From an uncultured Gemmatimonadaceae bacterium (GTDB lineage: Bacteria; Gemmatimonadota; Gemmatimonadetes; Gemmatimonadales; Gemmatimonadaceae), in NCBI GenBank assembly GCA_963829055.1, contig CAWHHI010000006.1, forward strand, positions 1 through 64,000: DNA of 64,000 nucleotides, written 5' to 3'. This document shows, piece by piece, positions 9,984 through 20,088 of the stretch. Numbering within the stretch: position 1 is the stretch's first letter; every line of letters begins with the position of its first letter. Below the pieces are notes generated by a model. That model made no database searches. It saw only the letters and a list, made by a program, of their open reading frames with translations, and had not been told where the DNA came from. Position numbers and translations under genes: made by a program.

Positions 9984-10017
9984 CAGCGGTAAGTTGTTGA
10001 TTTAGAATGGACTTGGG

Positions 10018-10091
10018 TGGAGCGGGCTACGGGAATCGAACCCGTCTGACTGGCTTGGGAAGCCAGGACATTACCACTATGCTAAGCCCGC
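10018..10091 (-). tRNA. tRNA-Gly (CCC)
   Basis: GCGGGCTTAGCATAGTGGTAATGTCCTGGCTTCCCAAGCCAGTCAGACGGGTTCGATTCCCGTAGCCCGCTCCA: acceptor stem, CTGGC/GCCAG anticodon stem with CCC, GTTCGA T-loop, encoded CCA. Confidence 0.97.
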
Positions 10092-10299
10092 TCGCAGCCT
10101 GCGATTATCGGGGCGGGCGTCGAGCGCGTGTCAATGCCGCGCTGCCTCGAGAACTGATGAACCGTCATCGAGTGCGACGGCCGACCACGGGACGCTGCCT
10201 CGCCATATCGGACAGTTGGAAAGCCGTCCCTGCCCCCCTGCCACGACAGCCAGTTGATGGTTGCGGTCTTCCAAATCTTGAGCCGTGATCCTCGGGAGT

Positions 10300-10390
10300 T
10301 GAGCGTCTAGCCTCCAGCCGCCAGCCTCGAGGCTTGCGCCCTGAGCCTTGAGAGTTTGAGGCCTGAGCCTTGCGGCCTGAGACCTGCCCG
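10300..10390. repeat. degenerate heptamer tandem repeats (GCCTGAG/AGCCTCC-like)
   Basis: tagcctccagccgccagcctcg...ccctgagccttgagagtttgaggcctgagccttgcggcctgagacctg. Confidence 0.55.
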
Positions 10391-10686
10391 GGACCTGCCG
10401 CCGAGGCTGACCCTGAAACTGCCGCTACAGCCACTCGTAAGCTGAACCGCCATGCCCTGATGTGTCCGTTTGCACGTACCTGTAGGCGCGAACTACAGGT
10501 TTTCGCGCCTATCTTCGCCGCATCCACGCTCGCGCGTGCCAACCTCCTCGCACGCGTCTTCGGTCCGCTTCTTGCCATGACACAGAAGCATGGAAGGCGG
10601 GCACGGCGCTCGCCGTGAACCGCAACCGCCCGGCCGCTTCTGGCGGCGGGCGATGAACCGTTGCATGACGACGGAGGAAATCAGCA

Positions 10687-11512
10687 ATGAAGCGCACATT
10701 CCATTGGGCGACAGCGTTTACCGTGGCGGCGAGCATGACGGCACTGGCCCAACACGCAGGGCTCGCCCTCGAGCTCCACGACCTCGGGGCCTTCGCAAGG
10801 TCAGACGGTCACGCTGCAGGGGTGCCTGCAATCGGGCACGGCGATGAGCAGCGAGCACCACCTCCTCGACCAGTAGCACCGGAAGCACGGCGACGGGCAG
10901 CACCAGCACCGGCAGTACCGGCGCAGCCGGCAGCACCAGCGCCGACGGCGGGCACGCAGGGCGCGACCGCGCAGAGCGGACAGGCCGCGGGCGCTGGCCG
11001 TATGGGCGGCTACGCCAGCAGTGCGGCTGCCAGCATGTACACGCTGCGCGTGACGGATGGTGGCGGCGCGTCGCGCACCGGCATGCCGTCGACGGCAGGG
11101 CAGGCCGATGAACGGTCAGCGGCCGGCCAGCAGGGTGGTCGCGTGTACCACCTGATGGCCGACTCGTCCACCGATCTGTCCAAGCACGTCGGCCACCAGG
11201 TCGAGGTGACGGGCACGCTGTCCTCGGCGGGCGCGGGCGGCCACCACGGCATGTCCAGCAGCGCCAGGCTCGACGGGCAGCACGGCGACGACGGGCAGCG
11301 GCGCGGCGGTGGCGGCAGCGGCAGCACCGGCTACACGGGCCAGGCGACGTCGGGCAGCGGCAGCACCGGTAGCGGCGCGGCTGGAGGCACGGGCGCGACC
11401 GAGCGCCGGCAGCACCTCGACGATGGGGTCGATGGCGTCGCAGGCGCAGGCCGCCATGGGCGGCATGCTGCACGTGACCAACCTCAAGATGATCGCCTCG
11501 ACCTGTAAGTAA
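10687..11512 (+). CDS. secreted Gly/Ser/Thr-rich low-complexity protein (frameshifted)
   Basis: RBS GGAGG, signal peptide, TLQGCLQ, DLSKHVGHQVEVTGT and LHVTNLKMIASTCK motifs separated by low-complexity linkers. Confidence 0.7.
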
Positions 11513-11536
11513 CAGGTCACGCAGCGCGAACGAAGA

Positions 11537-11573
11537 AGGGCCGTCCGTCGAGCAGGGACGCTCGGACGGCCCT
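11537..11573. terminator. probable bidirectional terminator hairpin
   Basis: AGGGCCGTCCG...CGGACGGCCCT between convergent genes. Confidence 0.55.
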
Positions 11574-11639
11574 CGCTTGTTATCCGGCGTGACCTCGGCG
11601 CAGCCTGCAGGCTGCAGGCTGCAGCCTGACCTGTGTCCG

Positions 11640-13007
11640 CTATCCCCGAATCATCCCCAGCACCTCGTCGCGGCGCTGTTCCATGATCTCGCTCGTCACG
11701 CCTTCGAGGTTGAGCCGCAGCAGCGGTTCGGTGTTGGACTTGCGCACGTTGAGGTGCCAGTCCGGGTACTCCACCGACACACCGTCGAGGTGGTAGACGT
11801 GGCCGTCGGCGTACCGGCTCGTGATCTCGGCGATCTTCGCGTCGGCCAGTTCCATGCTCGCGAGCTTGGTGTTGATCTCGCCGGAGATGAAGTACTTCTC
11901 GCGCAGCGGCGCCAGCAGTTCGGCGAGCGTCTTGCCCTTGCGTGACATCAGCTCGAGGATCAGCAACACCGGAATGAAGCCGTTGTCGGCGAAGAAGTTG
12001 TCGCGGAAGTAGTAGTGCCCCGTGACTTCGCCGCCGAAGATCGCGTTCTCGGCCCGCATCCGCTGCTTGATGAAGGCATGGCCGACGCGGCTCATCAGCG
12101 CGGTGCCGCCGTACTGCGCGACGATGTCCTTGACCGCGTAGCTCGCGCGCACGTCGTAGAGGATCTTCTCGCCCGGGTACTTGATCAGGAACGCCTCGGC
12201 GAGCAGCGCCGTCACGAAGTCGCCGGCGACGAAATCGCCGGTGCCGTCGATGAAGAAGCAGCGGTCGGCGTCGCCGTCCCAGGCGATGCCGATGTCGGCC
12301 TTCTCGTCGAGCACGCGCTGCGTGACGGTGCGGCGGTTCTCCTCGATGAGCGGATTGGACTCGTGGTACGGGAACGTGCCATCCACTTCCATCGCCACGT
12401 GCGAGGTCTTGCAGGGCAGGCGCGCGAAGATCTTCGGCCCGATCAGGCCGCCCATGCCGCTGCCGGCATCGAGCACGCAGTTGAACGGCTTGATGATCGA
12501 CGGGTCGATGAACTTGAAGATGTGCTCGAGATAGTCCTCGACCACCTCGCGGCGCTCGTAGCCACCCATCGCCGGCTTGCTCGGCGGGAGCTCGCGCGCC
12601 ATGATCATCTCCCTGATCTCCTTCAGGCCGACGTCGCCGCTCAGCGGCTTGGCGTCCCTGGCGACCAGCTTGACGCCGTTGTATTCCTTCGGGTTGTGCG
12701 ACGCCGTGATCTGCGCGCCGCCGTCCAGCCCGTCGCGGCACACCGCGAAGTACATCACGTCGGTCGGCAGCATGCCGTAGTCGATGACGTCGCATCCCTG
12801 CTGGCGCGCGCCCTCGATGAACGCCTCGGCCAGCCCCGGCGACGACGTGCGCATGTCGCGCGTCACGGCGATCCGCTTGGCACCGAGGTAGGTCACGAAG
12901 CCGCCGCCGATGTCGTGCGCGGCGGTCTCGTTGACCTCGGACGGGTAGAGGCCCCGCACGTCATAGGCCTTGAAGATGTTCGGGTTCACGACGTTCACGT
13001 CTGCCAT
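11640..13007 (-). CDS. manB: phosphomannomutase/phosphoglucomutase
   Basis: FKAYDVRG, ITASHNP, DGDADR, GGEVTGHYYF, RKSNTEPLLRLNLE. Confidence 0.95.
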   Translation of the reverse strand: MADVNVVNPNIFKAYDVRGLYPSEVNETAAHDIGGGFVTYLGAKRIAVTRDMRTSSPGLAEAFIEGARQQGCDVIDYGMLPTDVMYFAVCRDGLDGGAQITASHNPKEYNGVKLVARDAKPLSGDVGLKEIREMIMARELPPSKPAMGGYERREVVEDYLEHIFKFIDPSIIKPFNCVLDAGSGMGGLIGPKIFARLPCKTSHVAMEVDGTFPYHESNPLIEENRRTVTQRVLDEKADIGIAWDGDADRCFFIDGTGDFVAGDFVTALLAEAFLIKYPGEKILYDVRASYAVKDIVAQYGGTALMSRVGHAFIKQRMRAENAIFGGEVTGHYYFRDNFFADNGFIPVLLILELMSRKGKTLAELLAPLREKYFISGEINTKLASMELADAKIAEITSRYADGHVYHLDGVSVEYPDWHLNVRKSNTEPLLRLNLEGVTSEIMEQRRDEVLGMIRG

Positions 13008-13065
13008 GCGTCAGTCCCAGGCGCCGGCGCCCGCAGGCCCGCCGCGCGAAATGCCCGCGAGGGCG

Positions 13066-14118
13066 TCAGAGCCTGCTGTAGTCGGTCACGGTGCTGCGAT
13101 CGCCCAGCATCCGGCCGTCGCCGACGACGGTGTTGCGGCCGATGTGGCAGTTGCGCCCGACCAGTGCGCCCTCGACGACGGCATCGGCGCCGACCACGGA
13201 GTTGGCCCAGATGACGGCGTCGCGCACCTGCGCCTGCTCGTCCACCTGCACCTGGCGGCCGACGACCGCGTACGGCCCGAGCCGCGCGCCGGCCTTGATG
13301 ACCGCGCCTTCGTCGAGGAAGCACGGCCCCTGGATGTGCACGTCCTGTTCGATGCGCGCACCGAGGTCGACGATCCCGCCGGCGCGGTCGAGGAACGGCG
13401 CGGCGTGGTACCGGCCGTCCATGATGTCGCGGTGCACCTGCCGGTACTTCTCCGGCGTGCCGATGTCGATCCAGTAGCCGTCGTTGACATAGGCGACGAA
13501 CGTCTCGCCATTGGCGACGAGCGACGGGAAGTACTGCCGCTCGATCGAGTACGCCTCGTTGTCCGGGATGCGATCGAGCGTGTCCGGCTCGAGCACGTAG
13601 ACGCCGGCGTTGATCGTGTTGACGGTGATCTCGTCCTGGCCCGGCTTCTCGAGGAAGCGCTGGACGTTGCCGTCGGCGTCGGTCTCGACCAGTCCGTAGG
13701 CCGAGGGATTGTCGACCGGCGTCAGCACGATCGTCGCCTTGGCCTTGGCGGCCCGATGACGCGCGATCACGGCTTGCAGGTCGATCTGCTGCAGGACGTC
13801 GCCGTTGAGCACGATGACCGAGTCCTGCACGGTCTGCGCCGAGAACTTGATGGCGCCGCCGGTACCGAGCGGCTGCGGTTCCACCGCGTAGGAAATCTTG
13901 ATGCCGAGCGCCTCGCCGTTGCCGAAGGTCTCCTCGATCCGCCTCGGCTGGTAGTTCAGGCTGAGGATCACTTCGGTGATCTCCGGCACCTGGCGCAGCT
14001 GATCGAGCTGATACATCAGGAACGGGCGGTTGAAGATCGGGACGATCGGTTTCGGGGTATTGAGCGTGAGCGGTCGCAGGCGCGTGCCCTTGCCACCTGC
14101 CAGGAGTATGGCCTTCAT
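13066..14118 (-). CDS. NDP-sugar synthase (mannose-1-phosphate guanylyltransferase-like) with left-handed beta-helix
   Basis: ILLAGGKGTRLRPLT..PKP, EPQPLGTGGA, YWIDIGTP, hexapeptide repeats. Confidence 0.92.
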   Translation of the reverse strand: MKAILLAGGKGTRLRPLTLNTPKPIVPIFNRPFLMYQLDQLRQVPEITEVILSLNYQPRRIEETFGNGEALGIKISYAVEPQPLGTGGAIKFSAQTVQDSVIVLNGDVLQQIDLQAVIARHRAAKAKATIVLTPVDNPSAYGLVETDADGNVQRFLEKPGQDEITVNTINAGVYVLEPDTLDRIPDNEAYSIERQYFPSLVANGETFVAYVNDGYWIDIGTPEKYRQVHRDIMDGRYHAAPFLDRAGGIVDLGARIEQDVHIQGPCFLDEGAVIKAGARLGPYAVVGRQVQVDEQAQVRDAVIWANSVVGADAVVEGALVGRNCHIGRNTVVGDGRMLGDRSTVTDYSRL

Positions 14119-14189
14119 GTCAGCAGGGAATGATAGCGCAGACCCCTCGTCCGGACCGGCTGCCGGTACAATGGCGCCGCCTCCCCTCG

Positions 14190-14749
14190 ATGCTCAACCT
14201 TCCCAACACGCTCTCGGTTCTCCGCATCGTGCTGGTGCCGTTGCTGGTCGTGGTGATGCTCACGCCGCCCCACAGCTGGGAGTGGACCGGCGTGCAGAGC
14301 GACTTCCTCGGCGCGTTGATCTTCGGGCTGGCGTCGCTGACCGACCTGCTCGATGGGTGGCTGGCGCGGCGTCGCCGGCAGATCACGGTCGTGGGGCAGT
14401 GGCTCGATCCGCTGGCCGACAAGCTGCTCGTGCTCGGCGCGCTCATCTCGCTGGTGCAACTCGAACGCGCGCCCGCCTGGATGGTCACCATCATCGTCGG
14501 TCGCGAGCTGGCGGTGACCGGGCTGCGCAGCGTCGCCACCGCACGCGGCGTGGCGATGCCGGCCTCGGAGCTGGGCAAGCGCAAGATGGCGGCGCAGGTC
14601 ACCGCCATCCTCGGCCTGCTGCTGGCGCCGAGCGTGCCGTTTCCCCTCAACTGGGTCGGCACCATCGCGCTGTGGGTGATGCTGGCGCTGGCGCTGTGGT
14701 CGGCGTACGACTACTACCGACGGTTCAGCGACGTACTGAAGGCGAATAA
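14190..14749 (+). CDS. pgsA: CDP-diacylglycerol--glycerol-3-phosphate 3-phosphatidyltransferase
   Basis: NLPNTLSVLRI, DLLDGWLARR....T..G..LDPLADK; 3' end approximate. Confidence 0.9.
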
Positions 14750-14756
14750 AGCGCGA

Positions 14757-14845
14757 AATGCCGGAATGCCGGAATGCCGGAATGTCGAGACCAAATGCCG
14801 GACTGTCGAGTCACCGCTCTCGACTTGCCGCATTCGGCATTCGGC
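14757..14845. repeat. inverted tandem-repeat element (AATGCCGG x3 ... GCATTCG x2)
   Basis: Octamer array facing its near reverse complement, with inner GTCGAG/CTCGAC stem. Confidence 0.7.
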
Positions 14846-15808
14846 GTCTGCCGGCCGGTCGCGGCTGCCGCTCGATGGCGGCTTGGCGTCGACCGTGCGG
14901 TCGCGTCGGCGCGGCGGGACGACCGTGCCTGTCGCCGTGGCCGCGGGCGTGCGTCGGGGCCGCGGGGGCGTCCGCCCGGTCGTGGTGCGGACTGCCCTCG
15001 GGCGTGCCCGGCGTACGCGCGGCCAGCGTCGCCTGGACGCGCGCCTTGAGTGCCGCGCCCTGGTGCCAGGAACTCGCTCTCGACGAATTCGGCCTCGAGC
15101 TTCTCGAGCAGCGGCAGCGCCTCGGCCTCGAGTTTCACGGTGACCAGCGCGTCGGCGAGGTAGTAGTAGACGGCGTCGCGGCTGGTGAACTGCGGGTCCT
15201 CCTGCAGCACCTGCCGGAACCGCGAGATGCCGCCCGGATACCAGCGCGCCTTGTAGTAGAAGTAGCCCACCTTGTAGATGGATTCGCTCAGGCGATCGCG
15301 CGCGATGCGTTCCTTCTCGAGGACCTCGGGCAGCAGCGTGCTGTTGGGGAACTTCTGGCGGAACGCCGCGAACTGGTCGAGCGCGGCGCGTGTCTCGGTC
15401 TGATCGCGCTCCGGCCTTCGGCATCTGGTCGAAGTGCGTCATCGCCAGCTTGAACTGCGCGTAGTCGGCGCGCTGGTGCGTGGGGAAGTACGACAGGAAC
15501 TCCTGGAACTCGCGTTCGGCGCGCAGCTTGCCCTCGGTCGAGCCGTCGTTGAGGTACGCATCGCCGAGCCCGAGCTTGGCATCGGCTCGCAGCGGGCTCT
15601 GTGGATAGCTGTCCACGAGCTGCTGGAAGTACTCACGGGCGGTGAACCACTTCTTGTCGTTCATCGCCGCCGTGCCCTGCTCGTACAGGTACTTGTCGGG
15701 TTCGGTGACGCCGGTGGGAATGTTGCCCTTCTTGGTCGCGCACGCGGCCGCCACCATCGTCACCAGGACGACGAGGGCGATGCGGGTCAGCCCACCGATG
15801 CGGCTCAT
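14811..15808 (-). CDS. bamD: outer membrane protein assembly factor BamD (frameshifted)
   Basis: Lipobox AAAC, TPR motifs AREYFQQLVDSYPQS, FLSYFPTHQRADYAQF, GYFYYK..WYPG.ISRF; 3' end uncertain. Confidence 0.85.
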
Positions 15809-16747
15809 GCGCGTTCGCTGCGTAGCCATGCGTATTCTTCTGCCAGTCCCTGCTCGAGGGTGACCGACGGCGCGAATCCCAGATCGGCCGCCGCCCGACT
15901 CGTGTCGGCGTAGGTGTCGCGCATGTCGCCCTTCTGGGGCGGCTGCTGGTCGATGGTCACCGGGCCGACGAGCCGGCCGATGATCTCGAACACGTGATTG
16001 ACCGTGACGCGCGATCCGCCGCCGATGTTGTAGACGCGCCCGGGCACGCCCTTCGTGCCCGCCGCCATCGTCGCCGTGACCGCATCGGCCACGAACGTGA
16101 AATCCCGCGTCTGCTCGCCATCGCCGTAGCGTGCGAGCGGCCGTCCGTCCATGGCTGCCGTCAGGAAGCGATGAAAGCCCATGTCCGGTCGTTGCCGCGG
16201 CCCGTACACCGTGAAGTACCGGAGCGCCACGAACGGCACGCCGTGATTCACGTGGTACAGGTGCCCGAGGTGCTCGGCGGCCAGCTTCGACACGCCATAC
16301 GGCGACAGCGGCTGCAGCCGCTGGTCCTCCCGCATCGGGATCGCCGCCTCGTCGCCATAGACGGAAGACGTCGAGGCATAGACGAAACGATCGAGCGGCC
16401 GGCCGTGCACAGGCCTCGAGCAGCCGCTGCGTCGCCGCGATGTTGTTGCTGACGTAGACGCTGAAGTCGCGGCCCCAGCTCTTGCGCACGCCGGCCTGTG
16501 CCGCGAGGTGGAAGATGTGCGTGACGCCGTCGAGCAGCGTCGTCGAGGTCCGCGTCCAGCAGGTCGGCGTCGACGAACCGGAAATTCGCGGCGACTGCCG
16601 GGCCGCGGCGAGGTTGCGCTCCTTCAGCGACCGCGGGTAGTAGTCGGTGAAGCAGTCGATCCCGACCACCTCGGCGCCCTGCGCCAGGAGCCGGTCGGTG
16701 AGGGTCGAGCCGATGAACCCGGCCGCCCCGGTGACGAGTGCCTTCAC
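15805..16747 (-). CDS. NAD-dependent epimerase/dehydratase (UDP-sugar epimerase)
   Basis: VTGAAGFIGS, HLAAQAGVR, SPYGVSK, LRYFTVYGPRQRPDM. Confidence 0.92.
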
Positions 16748-17142
16748 GCGAAAATCTCCCTCAACGTCCCCGGGAGGCGGCACGGCCGCCCGTCCCGGGT
16801 GACGGGTACATGCAGGGTCCGGGCGGTGGCCAGCACGCGGGCGTCTGCCATCCGGACCAACTCGTACGTGAACTCGACCCGGACGGCGCTCGCCATGCGA
16901 CCCACCGTGCGAATCTCCAACTCGTCATCGTACCGCGCCGGGTGCCGGTACTGGCAAGTCGCCTCGATGACGGGCAGGCTCACGCCGTCCTCCTCGAGGG
17001 TCTTGTAGCTCCACCCGGCCTGGCGCAGCAGTTCGACGCGCCCGACCTCGAACCACGCAAAGTAGTTGCCGTGGTAGACCACGCCCATCTGGTCGGTTTC
17101 GGCGTAGCGCACGCGGATCTGGGCCGTGCCCGAGACGGTCAT
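16744..17142 (-). CDS. acyl-CoA thioesterase (4HBT/YbgC family)
   Basis: RVRYAETDQMGVVYHGNYFAWFEVGR. Confidence 0.92.
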   Translation of the reverse strand: MTVSGTAQIRVRYAETDQMGVVYHGNYFAWFEVGRVELLRQAGWSYKTLEEDGVSLPVIEATCQYRHPARYDDELEIRTVGRMASAVRVEFTYELVRMADARVLATARTLHVPVTRDGRPCRLPGTLREIFA

Positions 17143-17825
17143 CGTCGCGAACGGGCCTGCCAGCCGCGCTGGCCAGCCGTGCGCAGCGCGGCGATGGCCC
17201 CGGCCGGGATCGGGCGCGCGCAAACACGGCCGCGCCGGCCACCAGGACGTCGCCGCCGGCCTCGACCACGGCCTCGGCGCGTGCCGGGTCGACCCCGCCG
17301 TCGACGGTGATGGTCGCCGCGGAGCCGGTGCGATCCAGCAGGTCGCGCAGCCGACGGAGCCGGTCGTAGGAGCGCTCGATGAACGTCTGGCCGCCGAAGC
17401 CCGGGTTGACCGACATCAGGATCACGATGTCGAGGTCCGGGGCAATGTCGGCCAGCGTGTCGAGCGGCGTGGCCGGATTGATCGCCACACCCGGACGGGC
17501 GCCGGCCTGCCGGATGCGGTGCACGAGCCGGTGCAGGTGATCGGTCGCCTCGACATGAACCGACACCGACGCGGCGCCGGCCTCGACGAACGCGTCGACG
17601 TACGTCTCCGGCTCCACGATCATCAGGTGCACGTCCAGCGGCAGCGGCGAGACCCGGGCGAGGGCCGCCACGACCGGGATGCCGATGCTGATGTTGGGGA
17701 CGAACCGGCCGTCCATCACGTCGACGTGAATCCAGTCGGCGCCGGCGTGCCGCCACCATCCGCACGTCGTCGCCGAGCGCGGCGAAATCGGCGCTGAGCA
17801 CCGACGGCGCGATCCGCACGCTCAC
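17139..17825 (-). CDS. rpe: ribulose-phosphate 3-epimerase
   Basis: IAPSVLSADF, MDGRFVPNIS.G, DVHLMI, MSVNPGFGGQ, VDGG. Confidence 0.93.
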   Translation of the reverse strand: MSVRIAPSVLSADFAALGDDVRMVAARRRRLDSRRRDGRPVRPQHQHRHPGRGGPRPGLAAAAGRAPDDRGAGDVRRRVRRGRRRVGVGSCRGDRSPAPARAPHPAGRRPSGCGDQSGHAARHAGRHCPGPRHRDPDVGQPGLRRPDVHRALLRPAPSAARPAGSHRLRGDHHRRRRGRPGTRRGRGRGRRRRPGGRRGRVCARPIPAGAIAALRTAGQRGWQARSRR

Positions 17826-18558
17826 CGGCTCACCTCGAGGGAAATGGCGTTGCCGGGCGCGATCTGGAAGCCGCCGAGCGGCGACTGGCGCAAGACGATG
17901 CCGGGGGGCACGCCGGGGTAGGGCTGCTCGGCGACGAGGGCGACACGGAAGCCGCGGACGCGCAGCACTTCGGCGGCCTGCTGCGGCGTTGACGCCGATG
18001 AGGTCCGGCATCACGTACGTGGTGCCACGTTCGCCGCGGTTCACGAGCAGCGACACGGTGTCCGCGGCGGCGCCGGCGGCAGGGTTCTGCGCCACGATGA
18101 TGCCGGCCGGGAAGGCCGAGGATCGCACGGCCGCGAGGTTCGCGAATGCCGACGCCTTCGCCTTCGAGCCGCAACTGCGCCGTCCGTTCGGTGAGGCCGA
18201 CCACCGCTGGCACGCGACTGACCGTCGGTCCCGCGCTCAGCCACACCTTCACGCTGCGCGGCCGTCGCGCCGTACTGCCGGACACCGGGTCCTGCGCGAG
18301 GATCAGCCCGGCTGGCACCTTCGGGTCGGACCGGCGCGATTCCTCGACCTTGAGCGGCAGACCGAGTTCGGTGAGCGACGTGCTCGCCTGATTGACGGTG
18401 CGGCCACGCAGCTCGGGCACGCGCACGTCGCGCGTCCGCAGCGCGAGACGCATCGCCATGCCGAACGAGGCCGCGTAGGTGACGCACAGCAGGGCCAGCA
18501 GCATGACCAGCTTGCCCGCGCCCCACACGCGTCCCGTGAATCCCCGCCGAGCCTCCAT
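17822..18558 (-). CDS. PASTA-domain membrane protein
   Basis: N-terminal TM helix and three PASTA-like repeats (VPELRG...ILAQDP; VPAVVG; MPDLIG). Confidence 0.85.
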
Positions 18559-18578
18559 CAGCCGTTGATCTTACAGGC

Positions 18579-18683
18579 GCAATTTCACAATTTCAGAATT
18601 TCACGAACACCGACCTGCCGACCGCCGAACGTCGATGGAGCGCTGAGTGACCGACGTCTGAAATCCTGAAATTCTGAAATTGC
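18579..18683. repeat. AT-rich inverted octamer-repeat element
   Basis: GCAATTTCACAATTTCAGAATTTCA (18579-18603) vs TGAAATCCTGAAATTCTGAAATTGC (18659-18683): 23/25 inverted match. Confidence 0.85.
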
Positions 18684-18689
18684 CCGTCT

Positions 18690-20088
18690 CTACGCCTGGC
18701 TGAGGACGACCGCGAAGAACGCGTCGAGACCGTGCACGTGCGGCCACGTCCGCAGCGCGCCCTCGTCGGTCAGCAGCGGGGTCATCGACGGCGGCAGGCG
18801 CTCCTGCCGCAGGTCGAGCCGCCGCAGGTCCGGGCGCTCCTGCAGCACGGCCGCGACCAGGTCCTCGTTCTCCTCGGGCTCGCTGGAACAGGTGGCGTAG
18901 ATCGAGCCGGCCGCCGGGCGCGAGGGCGCGCAGTCCCTCGTCGATCAGCGCCCGCTGCGTCGCGACGAAGGCGGGCAGGTCGGCGGCGGTGCGCCGCCAG
19001 CGCACGTCGGGATCGCGCCGCAGCGTGCCCAAGCCCGGAGCACGGCGCATCGATCAGCAGCGTGTCGATGGACCGGTCGAACGGCAGGTGCGTCGCGTCG
19101 CTGCGCACGATCGGAATGCGGTCGCGCCGGACGCGCGGGCCAGCGTTGCGGCCAGCAACGCGACGCGACGGACGCGCATGTCGTTGGCGACGAGCCGCGC
19201 ATCCGGCGGCAGCCACGGCCGCATCGCCAGGCTCTTGCCGCCCGGGGACGCACAGGCGTCCAGCACGCGACCACGCCCGACCGTGCCGGCGACGACGCCG
19301 ACCGCTGCCGACGCTTCGTCCTGCGCGTACGCGGAACCCGCCGCGCAGGTGCGGCAGCGCATCGCGTCCGCTCGCCAGCACGATCCCGCCAGGCACGAAC
19401 CGCGTCGGCGTGCCTTCGACGTCGCCAATCCGCATCGCGGACTCGCGATCCCGACTGCCCGACTCCCGACTCCCGACTCCCGATTCCCGATTCCCGCCGC
19501 GCCAGCGGCCACACCGTCACGTCGGCCGGCGTGTTGTCGTAGCGCACCCACGCTTCGGTCGCCTCGAAGCCGAAGCGATCCAGCCAGCGCTCGACGAGCC
19601 AGGCGGGATGCGAATGCGTGATCGCGAGCCACGCCAGCGCCTGCGTTCGCCAGCGAGGATCGTCGACCGGCACGCGTGGCGCCTCGGGCAGCATCGGCGG
19701 TCCCTCGCGGACGACGCGACGGAGCACGGCGTTGACCATGCCGGACGCGCTTCGCGTCGGCCCGCGCTTGACGATCTCCACCGCGTCGTTGACCACCGCC
19801 GACGCCGGGATCCGCGTGGCATGCTGCAACTGGTACAGCCCGAGCCGCAGCGTCGCGCGCACATCCGCGATCGAGGTCGGCCGGTTGTCGCTTCGTCAGC
19901 GCGTGAATGGCGAAGTCGAGCGCGAGTTTCCAGCGCTGCACACCGGTCGCCAGCTCGGTCAGCAGTGCCCGATCGCGGGCGTCGGCCAGCGACGGGTGCA
20001 CCTGCGCCAGGGCGGTCGCCAGATCCCATCGGCCCGCATCGACGGCCGCGAGCACCTCGGTGGCCGCGCGCCTGGCCGGCGCGATCAT
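18690..20088 (-). CDS. rsmB: 16S rRNA m5C967 methyltransferase RsmB/Sun (frameshifted)
   Basis: NusB-like LRLGLYQL/VNAVLR, SHPAWLVERW, QDEAS, VLDACASPGGKS, IDAPCSGLG, YATCS..PEEN. Confidence 0.9.
19449..19496. repeat. TCCCGA(C/T) heptamer tandem array inside rsmB
   Basis: About 7 units; the same unit occurs intergenically at ~33015-33050. Confidence 0.85.

Larger units (their letters stand above)
1..10017. mobile_element. degraded tRNA-Gly-integrated element/genomic island (left end outside window)
   Basis: int + xis + P4-type primase + defence cargo immediately 3' of a tRNA; patchy lower GC; no second att copy seen. Confidence 0.8.

Noticed and set aside
14714..16783. Epimerase-BamD fusion ORF
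   Set aside because: Frameshift join; bamD has its own start and lipoprotein signal at 15808
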